Positions 39,035 to 52,200 of a DNA stretch of 64,000 nucleotides are shown here, piece by piece (the stretch's first letter is position 1; every line of letters begins with the position of its first letter). A model generated the notes under the pieces. That model saw only the letters and a program-made list of their open reading frames with translations. It searched no databases and was not told the origin of the DNA. Position numbers and translations under genes: made by a program. Origin of the DNA: Nageia nagi (Eukaryota; Plantae; Pinophyta); NCBI GenBank assembly GCA_050084985.1, contig JBITNC010000001.1, forward strand, positions 145,018,001 to 145,082,000. The letters are read 5' to 3'.

Positions 39035-41644
39035 AGTTGCAAAACAGTAAACATATTGGATTTTTTTTCCTTTGGTTTGGATGGAAAATCATATCCTCAT
39101 GTAAATTGTTGACTTGTTATTTTCTTCTTTCCAGTGAAGTTAATATGTATTTCGGAGATTCTAGCTTGTGAAATAATATATTGCAGTCTAACTATGATGT
39201 TAAGACCTATGGGTGTGTGGGACAGAGAGAGGGAGAGTTTTGATATATTTTTGTTTATATTTGAGGTAAGATACTTCAACTTTCAAGGAGAAGCTGCTGA
39301 CTAGTGATTTTTGTCTGTACATGATTATTCACAGCAAGTTGTTTTGATGTTAACTCATCATAGACCTGATTATGTTATTTGCAGCTGCATTAAATTAAAA
39401 TATTGGCCTATAATACCTTGAAATTTCAGTACAAGATCCTTATTTTGAAATGGAATTGTACATAATCATCTAAAATACTTTTAATGAGAATTTTGAATGA
39501 GTACTGCACATATATTGCCTGTTTTGTAACTTTTGTGGCAATATGTGCTTGTTATTTGAAGAAATCATGTCAAATTTACAACAAAGAATATTTGATTTGA
39601 AATATTCTAAATTTCTTTCTTTTGAAATGTAATTGTTTTTGGAATAGAATTTTGTCAACCTAAGGCCTATTGGCAAACATAAGTGCTGTGAATCCTTGGA
39701 AATCCTTTCTTTATGCCCCTTTTTTCTTTGGATTGCTAAGGTCAACATAACTGAAAAACTTAACATGCAACTAACATCTTGAGACTGACAGAAAACACCT
39801 AAAACTTTTCCTTAAGTGAAAATACTTCAAAAAGGGGCTAAGGTCAACCTTGTAGGCTAAACAAGGTCGAGGTCATCCCTATTCTAGGCTTTGATTGGCC
39901 TGAAATTAAAATTTTAGGGTTTTAAGGTTTATTTTGATACTTGTTATGTCATTCTTTTTCTCAATTTCTAAGTTGACTAAGATACACATTGATTTGCATA
40001 GAATTTATTGAGATTCATAACATTCATTGATTTTTTTTGTCCATGTTGGAAAGTATCTATTCTCCTAATTCATGCTTCTCAGTAGTGGCATAAAGACTAA
40101 TCCATTTTGGTTCAAACTTACCTTTGGAATCTTTGTTTGCATTTGTCTTTTTTTTTTTTTAATTTTCCATGAGTACCAAATCACCAATTTGGAACTCCTT
40201 AGGATTTACAATAATATTTCTTGATTTTATTTTGATAAACTTTAAGGTGTTCAATTGCATTTATTCTTCTTTCATCAATTTGTTCTAATTGTTGCAATCT
40301 TGCTTTTCTTGCTTATTCATCCAAACTAATTTCTAGAAGTCAAAATTTTAATCAAATTCATTGAAAGGATTGAACCATAACTAATATAATCCTAAATGCC
40401 CAAGATTATATGAAAGTTCTCTCATTCAACACTATTCTAAGGTCAAAGCAATTTCACAAAATAATTCAAGATATAAAGTGGTTCCTTCAACTAGGAGTAC
40501 ATCCATTAACAAGATCTTATTTCATTTATAAAGACAACACTCTTACAATTCTCCTAACTTCATCTTCTAATCACTATTCTAGAGCATAACTTTGCTTCTC
40601 AAATTGGTGAGTGATCACAAAGAAAGGGCCTTATATTTATAGGTCAAAATTTCGGATCATCCTTTTAACCAATGTATAAAAGCATGACATACAACTCCCT
40701 TTTACCTAAGGGGCATGCTCGTGACATGGAGTGTAGGACAAGTTACATTATCATATTCACTTAAATACTTAAGGTATCTAGTGATACCATTAAGTATTAG
40801 TGAATTTATAAAGAAGATTATTACTAAACCTTATAATAATGCATTATACATTCCAACACTCCTCCTTAATGCAATATTGAGATAGAGTGAAGAAGAGAGA
40901 AGAAAGAGACATTATGAGAGTTCTCTTCCAAATAGATACAACCGGAGATGAAAACTTTTTACATCTTTGTAAAGTAAATAAGATCTTAGTTTCAGATTCA
41001 CTACTTTACCATTTTAACAAATGGTTTATGATACACTTATTAACCACAATCGATTTCAATGTACATCAAGTAGTCAACCAACTGGAAGTCATGGTGAGTC
41101 TCCATGAGCATGCACACCCAAAGTAAGTGATTTGCAATCTCAAAAGAACTTGCAAGTTCTAAACAGATCAAATAACAAGATCAGTTAGATGCAACATATT
41201 CATATCAACAAGGATAGATGAATCAAACAATGCCATCATACACTGATCAATGGTGCACTATAAGTCATCATAAAGATGCCAAGCCTATACTCATAGTCAC
41301 CTGCTGTATACAAAATATGTGTTAATTGTCATTACCAAATAAAGCATAACAAAATGCATATACAAGTTCCTCACATATAGATAATTGAACAGTGCCAAAA
41401 GACATGAGTTCCTCACACATGGATAACTGAACAGTGCTAGACTGGCCAATCTTTTGCTCTAAAATTTTGTACAAGTTCCTCACGCAGAGCGAACTTACCA
41501 CGAAGGTATACAACAAAATCAACACTATACAACATAAAATCCTCCTAAGGGTGAAGTTGTTATTACAAACATGAATTTAAAATAAAAATTCATGCTTCAC
41601 TCCCCCTTGAAGGCAATTTCACTAATTTGATAGCATCTTTAAGC

Positions 41645-44600
41645 TTATTGAATTGAGCTTTAGGGAGGGGTTTGATGAACAAATCAATTGAGTTCAAGGT
41701 TGATGGACAATACTCTAGGTGTATGACACCATCAAGAAATTTTTTTCTGATAAAATAGGCTTAGATTTCCACATGTTTTATTCTTTGATGGATAGCCAAA
41801 GAAATAGTTGATTGATTGTTTGAAGAAATTAGATATGGACCAGGTTGCTCATACCCAATTTCTTTTAGAAGATGCCTTAGCCAAATAGCTTCCTAGGCTG
41901 CAATAGATATTACATGATATTTGACTTTTGTGGTGGAAAGAGAAATATTAGGCTACTTCTTGGAGGCCCAATAGATAGCACCTGAACCAATGCAAAAAAC
42001 ATACACAGAGGTTGACTTTTTATCATCTGTATCTCCCCCATAGTCAAAATCTGAGAACCCTAAGAGAACAAATGAGGGTAACTTGGAAAACTTGAGAGTA
42101 AGATCTTTCGTCCCTACAACATACCTCAATATTTGCTTAACAACATTGAGGTGCTCAACATATGGTTTCTGCATGAATCGAGCCATCAGTTCACTACAAA
42201 GGCAATATCTAGCTTGAAAATAGTCAAGTTAAGAAGACTACCAATTAATTACCTCTAAGTTGTAGCATCTATCAACTGAGAGTTTGAGCTAAGAAAAATA
42301 GTGATTCTAGGAGAGACTAGGATTGTAGCATGTCTACACTCCATTCCAAACTTCTGCAAGATGTCTAATATATACTTGGATTGATTGAGATAGGTACAAT
42401 CCTTGTATTGGTATACTTGCATTCCAATGTAGTAGTGCAAGAGACCAAGATCAATCATTTCAAAGGTTACCTTAAGCTTGGATATGCACTCTTGAATGAT
42501 TTCATCATTATTCCTAGTTATCAGAAGATCGTCCACATAAAGGAGAATTAAGAACACATCTTTTCTCTTATTGACCACATATAGATCAGAGTCAGAGAAG
42601 CACTTGAAGAATTCAATATCTGCAAAGTATTCTGAAATCTTCTTGTATAGGCTCTAGGTGCTTGCTTAAGTCCACATAATGACTTCTTTAGCTTGCACAC
42701 AAATGACTCTTTTCCTTCCATAATAAACCCTTCTAGTTGATTCATGTATATTTTCACATCTACTTCCCCATTGAGAAACACACTTTTGACGTCAAGTTGA
42801 AAAATTTTCTATCTTTGAGCTGTTGAAAAAAAAAGGATTATCCTGACAGTGGGCATCTTTGCCATAGGAGCAAAACTTTTCTTATAATCAACATCATATT
42901 TCTAAGCAAAATCCTTGGCTACTAACCTTGCCTTTTATTTCTCAATATCTCCAATTGAATTGTACTTGACCTTATAGATCCATTTATTACCAATCACATT
43001 CTTCTCATTGGGATAAAGAACTAAGTCCCAAGTTTTATTTTTCATAAGTACCTCATACTCCACTTTCATGGCTTCCATCTAGTACTCGTACTTTGAAGCT
43101 TCTTTGAATAATGAGGGCCTATTTTTGTTATCATTTTTGGTAAATAAAGATTTGGTCAAGGTCATGCTCCTAGTTATCCTTTGTGTTGGAGAATTTTGCT
43201 CCTGGGGTGACTTGTTTATATCAATATCCAACTAGTTAGGTGCAACTGACAAGTCATCTAGATCATCAACATCTTCATTAGAAATAAATTTTCTAAGAAG
43301 TTCGTTGAACTTTATATCCCTTGAAATGAATACTCCTTTGTAGGATAGAGAGTAAAGCCTATAGCTTCTATGTTGACTATCATCACCCATAAAGATGCAC
43401 TTTTCAATTTTTTTGTCTAATTTTTTCTTTTTCTTATAAATAATGTAGGAGAAAGCTTCATAACCAAACACTCTAAGATGTGAAATGTTAGATTTTATTC
43501 TTTCCCAAGTTTCAAAAGGAATTTTACCCTAAACATTTTTTGTGGGACACCCATTCAAAGTGTAAATAATAGTGCTCATAGCTTCACCCTATAAGAAACT
43601 AGAAAGATTACCTAACATGCACCTAGTCATCTCCATAATTATCCTATTTTTTCTTTCGACAACATCATTTTGTTAATGAATGTAAGGAATCAAAAATTAC
43701 CTTTTGATTCCATACTTAGCATAATAGTTATTAAACTCATTATTGTTATATTCTCTTTTATTGTCTGATCTCAACATCTTGATTTTAAGGTTAATTTGAT
43801 TTTCAACTAAGGCTTTAAAATTCTTAAAACTTTCAAAGGTTTGATCCTTGTGCTCAAGTAAATAGCCAAAAATCATCCTATTGAAATTATCAATGAAGGT
43901 CAAGACATAAGATGCTCCTCCAAGCGACTTAGTCTAAAATAGATCAATCAAATCTGAATGCACAAGTTGAAGAGGTTGAGATGCTCTTGTTGCCTTATCT
44001 TTTTCTAACCTTTGCCTATTCATCTTGCCAAGGATGCACTTCTCACATATACTAATTGAAGGTAAACCTTTCATAAGTTCTTGATCTTTCATGATTTGAA
44101 TACTCTTATGGTTAAGGTGCCCTATACATTGGTGCCAAAGATTTTCTCTAGAACATAAATTCGTAGCAAGACACATCTTTGTTGGAACTTAATCCATAAT
44201 GTAAAGATCATCTTTCATTGACCCTTTAACCAACGTGGTAAGTCCTTTCTTAATGCACTAAGAGTGAGTCGAACTCATATCAGTACCCTTTTCTTGCAAC
44301 TTGAATCATGGAGAGAAGATTCATCTTGAGTTTAGGAACATAGATCACATTTTTAATAACCTTTCCATGAATCAACACACTTCCAATTCTTTGGACTTTA
44401 AGGATAGAATTATCACCTATCACAATTGCATCTTTTCTATACTTATAAAAAAATTTAAACTTATCTTTTTCAAAGCATAAATGATTAGTGCAATTAGAGT
44501 TAACAATAAAATCAATCGATAAAGAGCAAGTCATAGAGTAGAGCCCAATAATAAGTTCAACTTTTATATTCTTTTCTTTGAAGTTTTTTGCATTTCCATT

Positions 44601-45484
44601 ACCCTTATTCTTTTCTTTTGTTTTCTTTTTATAGAAATTAAATTCTTTGTGACCATGGATGCCATAAAAGTTACAATTTTCATCAAATTTTACATTGGGA
44701 TTTGGTTTGCTTGCCTTATCTTTTCCATCTCTTTGTTTGAAGTAGCTGTTGTTGTTATTGTTGTTGTTGTTACCCCTTTTCTCAAACCTTTTAGAGGAAT
44801 AAAGATAAGATTTCTTATGATGATTGAACTTTTTCTTAAAAGGAGTTTTAGTTGCTCCTAAAGCAACATTATTATCTTTTGGAGAAAAGATCAACACTTT
44901 TTGTTAAGAGTTTTCTCATGCTTTAGAAGGAGCCTAGAAAGGTTCTCAAGGGAGAAGACTTCTTCATCATCAAGCCTAATCTCAATTATCGTCACAAAGT
45001 TACCAAATTTTAAAGAAAGGCTTTGGAGAATAATGAAGACTATGAACTCGTTGTTGATCCAATTGTACCCATAAGCAATAAGTTGGGTCTTAAGATTAAT
45101 GATTTTGTTCAAATAAATGATAACATTTTCATCTTCCCCTTGATGAGATTGAAGTAACTTTTAGAGAATAGTGAACCTTCTTGAGAACTTAGATCCAAGG
45201 TAGATTTTCTTAAGCTTATCCCAAGCTTCCTTTGTTGAGGTTGAAGATGAAATCATAAGGAGCACATCATCTAACACTGCATGAAAAATCATGAAGGTTG
45301 CCAATTCATTCTTCATGTTGTATGCCTCAAGTGCCTTCTCATTTGTAAGAGTAATAAGATTCTCATTTATGGTTTGCCAAAGCTTTCTTACCTACAATTC
45401 AACTCTCATATGAGGTTTCCAAATACCAAAGTTGGAACCATCGAGAATGTGCTTGGATAAGAAGGTATCTTCCCTTTGTTACAT
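41645..45484 (-). pseudogene. gag-pol of Copia F
   Basis: Probable ATG at 45484. LDGSNFGIWK (gag), LWHQCIGHLN and LQLVHSDL (INT), IYMNQLEGF and LLYVDDLLI (RT), FSDFDYGGD..DKKSTS (RH); many stops. Confidence 0.92.
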
Positions 45485-46379
45485 AAGAATGTAAAAAAAA
45501 TAAGCATGTGTTCTAAAGTAATATTATATGTTTAATTATATGTTTAGTTTTAATCATCTATACATGTTTTAGATTTATTCAAGTAAATCAATCATACATG
45601 TTAAATTTAACAAAAGGACATGCTTAACAAAGTTCACATATGCAAATGTTTACAATAGAAACTCATAAATAACCATGTACCCGACACTTTTATCATCACC
45701 AAGAATCAAGAATCATAAATGATATTGTTGAAGCTTATTTTCTTATCTAAAATTAGGTCTTCATCTGGATGCTTATAAGGTGGAGCCCAGGTATTACCAA
45801 TTCTTAACCCGTTCATCTTGGGTAGTAATATAATCTTACAAGGAGGAGTACCTACTATTTTCAAGGTTATGATGTATATTGGATCGATCAAATTATTAAT
45901 TTTGATTAGGTTTTAAGTTATCCTAGGTTATCAGGATAATCCTTGAATGGATGTGCAAACATGTGGTATCACTACACACATGCCTGTCCACCTATTGGAG
46001 TTATATCCAGACCAACAAAGGACTTAGGGGTAATTGAAAAGTACATACTTTTTGCCATTTGGATCCTCGGACTAAAGGCTCTAATCTGCCTATCTTCACC
46101 TCGGGGCTCCCCAAACAAGTCATGTTGCAGAATGTGCATGCGAATTTGTTCATTTTAGAGGGTTTTTCAATCAATGTTTATGATTTTTGCATAAATAAAT
46201 AAAGCAAAAGTGTGAAACATTTAGTAAAGTGCATAAATAAAATATCATCCATTTGCAATTTGAAACCTGAGTCTAATGGGTTTCATTTACCAACTTCTAA
46301 AAGACATCTTTACATCATTCTTTATTTTGCACAAGTCCATTCCATACTTTGCATAAAGAAGTAAAAATTAGGGAGTCAT

Positions 46380-46620
46380 CAAATGCATCATTCCCATAAC
46401 TTAAAAATTTAAGTAATAAGCATGCATCATTTAATATAAAATTAAGTAAGAAGCATGCATCATTCCTATAAACTTAAAAAATTAAGTAATAAGGATGCAT
46501 CATTTCTATTAACTTAAAAAAAATTAATTGATAAACATGTATCATTTAATTTAAAAAAATTAAGTAATAAACATGCATCAAAATATATCCTAAATAATAG
46601 GCATGCAAAAATTTTAAGTA
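46380..46620. repeat. AT-rich tandem repeat (~38-40 bp, ~6 copies) in the leader of F
   Basis: AAAAATTAAGTAATAAGCATGCATCATT recurs. Confidence 0.8.
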
Positions 46621-47399
46621 AAAATTCATAAGACTTTCCCTTCTTTTTACTTAAAAATTGATTTTGAGATGCTTTCCTTAAAAAAATGTAAGTTTTTCCT
46701 TAGTAAAAAAAAAATACTTGAGGCAAAAAAATTATACTAAACAATTTGTCTAAAAAAAATTGGCATACTAAAAATTGCATTCCTACCAATGCAACAAAAA
46801 ATTGATCTTTAGTAAGATGTTTTTCCTTTCAATAAATGCTTGATTAACAAAAATTGTTAGTTTACTTTTAGAAAGTAATTCTTATCACTTAAAAAATGTC
46901 ATTATAAGTCCTAAAAGTTTAAGAATTACTATATTGCTAAGTAAGCATTGAAGAAAAAAAAAATTGCCAAAAAATAATTTTCCTCCCTTAAACATTTTGT
47001 AATTTAAACACTAAATGCAATTTAACCAAGGAGAAAAAAAAAATTAAAGCATTTTTTTTTAAGAGTTAGAACATCTTCCAAAGAAAATAAATGCATCATC
47101 ATTTAATCTACCTATAGTTCTGTAAAGAATTAAATGAAATGAGGAAACCCTCATGCTACTCCATGAAAGTAAAGTTCGCAGGTAGGAAAAAAATTATGAG
47201 TTTTAAAGAAACGGCAGAGATTAAACAAATGCCACGCATAATTAGGATAAGAAGCGAGACAACGGCGTGTGGAAGGAGGAAAAAAATGGAGCACAGGTGT
47301 AATAGGCAGAATTAGCATTCTCAAACCAGAAGGTGGGTAGGACGCCAAGAGAAGAGAGGTGGGCAAAGAGTAGCTAGGTCACAGAGCTCAGAGCAGAGG

Positions 47400-47815
47400 A
47401 CTGTAGTTGGTTTGAGCTGAAATCCTTAGGTCGCGAGGGGCCAAATTAGCCATGCTGAAGCTGGGTGGAGGTCATGAGGGAGGAGATTGGCTGTGGAAGA
47501 TAGGCACAACAACAGAGACGAGGGTACGCGCAACAAAGATAATGGCCAATAGGAGTTGCACGCGGTGCCAAGCTACCCGAGGAGGAAAGGGGGTTTTGAC
47601 AAGCATGGTGGGTGACCAGAACACAGAGGACCGTGCGGTGAGAGGCTTAGCCGTGTGGATAGCGTTATGGTGCAGCTGTGAGCTGTGAGTAGAAGGTGAC
47701 CATGGATAGGCAAACCAGATCAAAGTACCTTTCCCACCATCGGCACCGAACTGGGAACAGTGCGAAGTTGGCCGCCACAGGGATGGCGAGACATACTAGG
47801 CTGCCCCTATTGGCT
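47400..47815 (+). pseudogene. Possible highly decayed PPR relic in the GC-rich island of the F leader
   Basis: AKLAMLKLG, FDK, KPDQSTFPTI and AKLAA fragments; same relative position and strand as the clear PPR fragment in B. Confidence 0.45.
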
Positions 47816-49299
47816 AGAAATTGTTTAATGATTTTTTTTTTTTTATAAAAAAGGTTTACATATAAATTTTTTTTTAAAATTTCAATAGTATATAAAGATT
47901 GTACTTGATACTCCTCCTTTTTTTTTTAATTTATCAAGCTACATAATCTTTATGAAGAAAAATGCAAGTTTTTTTTTTTAAATATTTTTTTGAAGAAAAA
48001 AAATATAACATATTATTGCTATAATCAACAATTTATCAAGAAAAATTGTAACTAAAAGATGTTAAAAAAAAATTCATTGCAATAATATGTAAATACATTT
48101 CCTCTCCTTTTAAAAAAAAATTGATTAGCTTATATCAAAAAAATGTTAGAAACATAATGAGATAAAAAAAAAAGAGGAAGGATTTATACCTAGACTTGTG
48201 TTTACCTCAACAAGACCTCCAAGTTGAAGAAATGGTATCTCAAAGATGTGAAGAATCTTCAAACTTGGCCTTGATACCAAATGAAAGGATTGGACTATAA
48301 CTAACACAATCATAAATGCCCAAGATTATATGAAATCTCTCTTATTCAACACTATTCTAAGGCAAAAGCAATTTCATAAAATAACTAAAGTATAAAGTGG
48401 TTCCTCCAACTAAGAGTACATCCACTAACAAGACTTCACTGCATTTACAAAAACAACTCTCTTATAATTCTCTTAACTTCATCTCCTGATCACTATCCTA
48501 AAGCATAAATTTGCTTCTCAAATTGGTGAGTGATCACAAAGAGGGAGCCTTCTATTTATAGGCCAAAATCCCCCTTTGGATCACCCTCTTAACTAATGTA
48601 CAAAAGCATGACATGCAACTCCTTTTTACCCAAGGGGCATGCTCATGACATGGAGTATAGGACAACTTACATTATTATATTCATTTAAATACTTAAGGTA
48701 TCTAGTGATACCATTAAGTATTAGTGAATTTACAAAGAGGATTATTACTAAGCCTTACAATAATGCATTATACATTTCAACATTCATCACCATACACAAG
48801 TAAGAATGGAGTAGTTCATGTAGCAGTTCTTATGTTTATCATATAGGCCCAAATTATATAAGAAAGTTAAATATGCCAATCCTCTCCATGTTTTGCAATT
48901 ATTTTGGAAATAACACTAATGACGATCTTATTTGTTTCTTCCACTTGCCCATCATCTTGGGCATAGTAAGGAGTAGAGTAATTTTTTTAATATAATTTAA
49001 AAAATCTTTCATTTCTTTATCTATTGTTCTATTTTATCACATCTTATTTTTAACACAAGAGATTATGAAAGCGTCACATGAACCTTGAAGGAAAGGTTAA
49101 AGATTTACCTATCATAAGTTAGTGCATTACTATTAAACTCATTAAGGTTACTCCCTATGTTTGGAACATTAGTAATTTCTTTTTGACCTCAAATATTTTA
49201 GTAGTCCCTTGATTCTTTATATATAGAATTTCTACCTCACTCAGGTTTATTGTATTTGACATTATTTTTTGTCCACTTTTTACTCTTACACATTGAAGC

Positions 49300-52200
49300 T
49301 ACACTAGGTGCTCCCTTGCTTTTCCTATATGTATTTTTTTACAATCTCATTGACAATTTTTTTGATGACCCAATGAAATTGATATCAAATTTCAAATATT
49401 GCATATTTGTATGCATGTCAACAAGGTCCTAATGAAAGGTTGAATAAGTTCATACCTAGATTCAAAAAAGTTGGGCAAAGCATTAATATCAAACTAGATG
49501 AAGAGGATATAAATGATATTTTCTTAAGTGCTTAGCGTAAAACTCTAAGACCATATGCATGTGAAATGTCAAGTACTTTCTCTAGTATTGTAACAAAAAC
49601 CATATTTTCAAGAGAAAATCATCTTATTAATGTCAAATTAGCGAAGTACATGAATTCATCTTCAAACAATGATGACAAGAAATTATATCCAACTAAAAAT
49701 AACGAGGTAAAGAGGGTGAAGGAAACAAAAATAACTAGGCAACCAATTCTCACATGATCATAAACCCAAAAGGAATAAAAAGTAACATTTCTAATTTCCT
49801 CAATGTTCATTTTGATATATTTGATAAAAAAAAGTTGATTAAATTTTTGTTTAAGAAATCACAAGATGATAGTAATTTGGAAAAAACATGGTATAGGGAA
49901 ACTTATATTGTACTTTGCATCAAGTTAAGGGACATACAAATAATCAGTATGGAACATTAAGAATGAGATTCAAAATTTAATTAATGATGACAAATATGTG
50001 TGTCCCACCTCTATTAAACCTATTACAATAGAAAGGTAAAGCTTCCAAAGGATCCAATGTCTTATGACATGATTGAGTAGTAAAAAATTACCCAAGATAT
50101 ATATTTTTTTAATGATCTTATCCAAATACCACAACCTCATAGAGAAATTCTATATGATTAATTTTAAAAAGAGCAAGTTTTAGTTGATGTGAATGCATCC
50201 ACCTTTATAGCTATTGTAGATTCATGGAAACAAAGATAGATTATCAAATTTGATGCTAGTAAAATTCCAAGTAAAAATATTGTCGATCAATTTTTGGAAT
50301 TTTATATTAAGGTAAAACATTTTGGTACAAAAGTGAAGAGAGGTATTATGGATATTTATTCAATACTAAACATTTATTTGATATAATTATTACAATATTT
50401 TAAGAAAGATAATCTACCACCTTTTGAATAATCAAACATAAAAATACATGACTTTGATAATGAGGAGAAGTAATATTTGGGAATTATCAATTGGTTAATA
50501 GAATTGGCACCTAAAATAAGTGTTTACCTTTATTATATCATGTAAGGTTGGCTACTTATAGCTAGCTTCTACAAAGACTATGGATCCATGCCATAGGGAG
50601 CATCCATCAACCTTGCATAGATGTATCAAGATTGAAGATGATGGAAAGATCTAACAATACATAACCAATGAATATTTATATAATTATTATCATGCAGTGA
50701 GAATTAAAAATCTAAAAGAAAATATTGTACCACATAATAAGGTTTATTAACTGCTATAGCGATCCAGAAGAATGAAGCTACTAGGGTCATTTTGTCTCCT
50801 ACAAAATACTAAGCAATTATTGAAAACATAAAGTGATAAAAATATAAAATATGTGAAATGTGTTGATTTTTATTAATATCAAGTACTTAATACATATATA
50901 AATCATGTATTTTTCAAATTATTGGTAAATGCATATACCTCTTGGTGATTTATATATTTCTTATGACTCTTTATTTTTACTCTTAAATCTTTTTTATATT
51001 CTTTAATCTGTGACACTCCATACTTCTCTTTGTTTCTTCTTATATTATATTAGTATTTATATTCAATTTTTGTTCTAATAAGGTGTGATGATTCATTACT
51101 TCTTTTGGGAGTTTGCATATTAATGATGATTTGTTTATTAGTGTAGTGATCCTTAGCATCCCAGTTGGTCAGTTTGACTATATGGAATTATCTCTTGCTA
51201 GCAACATCCATTCTTTTAAGGTTTATGATTAGCCACATGGGAAAAACATTGAGAAAAATTGATCAATGAATATGATAGAAGATATGTTAAAAAAATATAG
51301 AAAAATAAATGAAAATCATAGACTTAGGCATTGAAAAATGCATAATCAATAATGTGAGTATGGTAGAATCACTTCAAAACTTTGGGAGACCCTATAATCC
51401 CCCAAAATAGGATTGCCATCGATCTTGTCATCCTTTACAAGATCATGATTGATCCTATTTTAAACATATTTTTAGTCTAGATTGAGATTGGGAGTTTTAA
51501 TAATATATCATGGTTTCTTAGGAATAATAATAATAAAAAAAAAATAGAAAGTCAAGTTTAGAGGCTAAAATTCAAAATTTGTAGATAGTCCTTTGGGCAT
51601 ATTTTAATGTTATACTTGGGTACATGATTGAGTAAAATTGATCAAGGTCCTTCATGGTTTTTGAAACGATCTCAACAAAATCATGGTTTAGGATATGATT
51701 ATAAGAATCTTGAAAATGATAAAGAGAATGGTGAGATTGATTATTAACCCATGTTTTATGATAATTTTAGATAAGCATACATGGAAAATTAAGTTTTACC
51801 CCTTTCAATTCAATTTGTAGGTTTCATAGAAAAACAAAATGAGTCATGTGATAAGTAGGTTTCTTTGGATATATTTTCTAGTGATAATACATTGAATAAG
51901 TTTCTTGGGGTAAAATTAGAGTTTCCCAAACCAAATATAAAGAGATAATCACAATATGTACTTCATGCACATGCTTATTTTGGAGATGAAAAAGTGGAAA
52001 AGAAAAAAGGTGGGATAAGAGTGCATCACATGATATTGGCCACCAAGATATAACATGTTTGTAGTTACTAACAATAAATCTCTTTCATATCAATTTTAGT
52101 AATAATAGGTGATAGGGGGATGGTGGCTAATGGAAGGTATCCTTTATTCAAGGTTAGGAATTATACCTACCATACCATAGTTAAGAGATGAGTTAACCTT

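Larger units (their letters stand above)
40362..48782 (-). mobile_element. Element F: full-length decayed Ty1/Copia with ~2.8-kb 5' leader, related to B
   Basis: LTRs 40362-40858 and 48282-48782 (TG...CA, clearly diverged); exact TSD TTCAT; PBS complement GCCTTGATACCA at ~48268-48279; PPT complement at 40859; 3' region and pol similar to B. Confidence 0.95.
39950..49100 (-). mobile_element. Old Tat-type Gypsy integrase relic split by Copia F (pieces ~39950-40361 and 48788-~49100)
   Basis: PYYAQDDGQVEETNK and IWAY..IRTAT.TTPFLLVYG on one side of F; ARLQQLEQIDERR and KGKFEPKW on the other. Confidence 0.7.
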
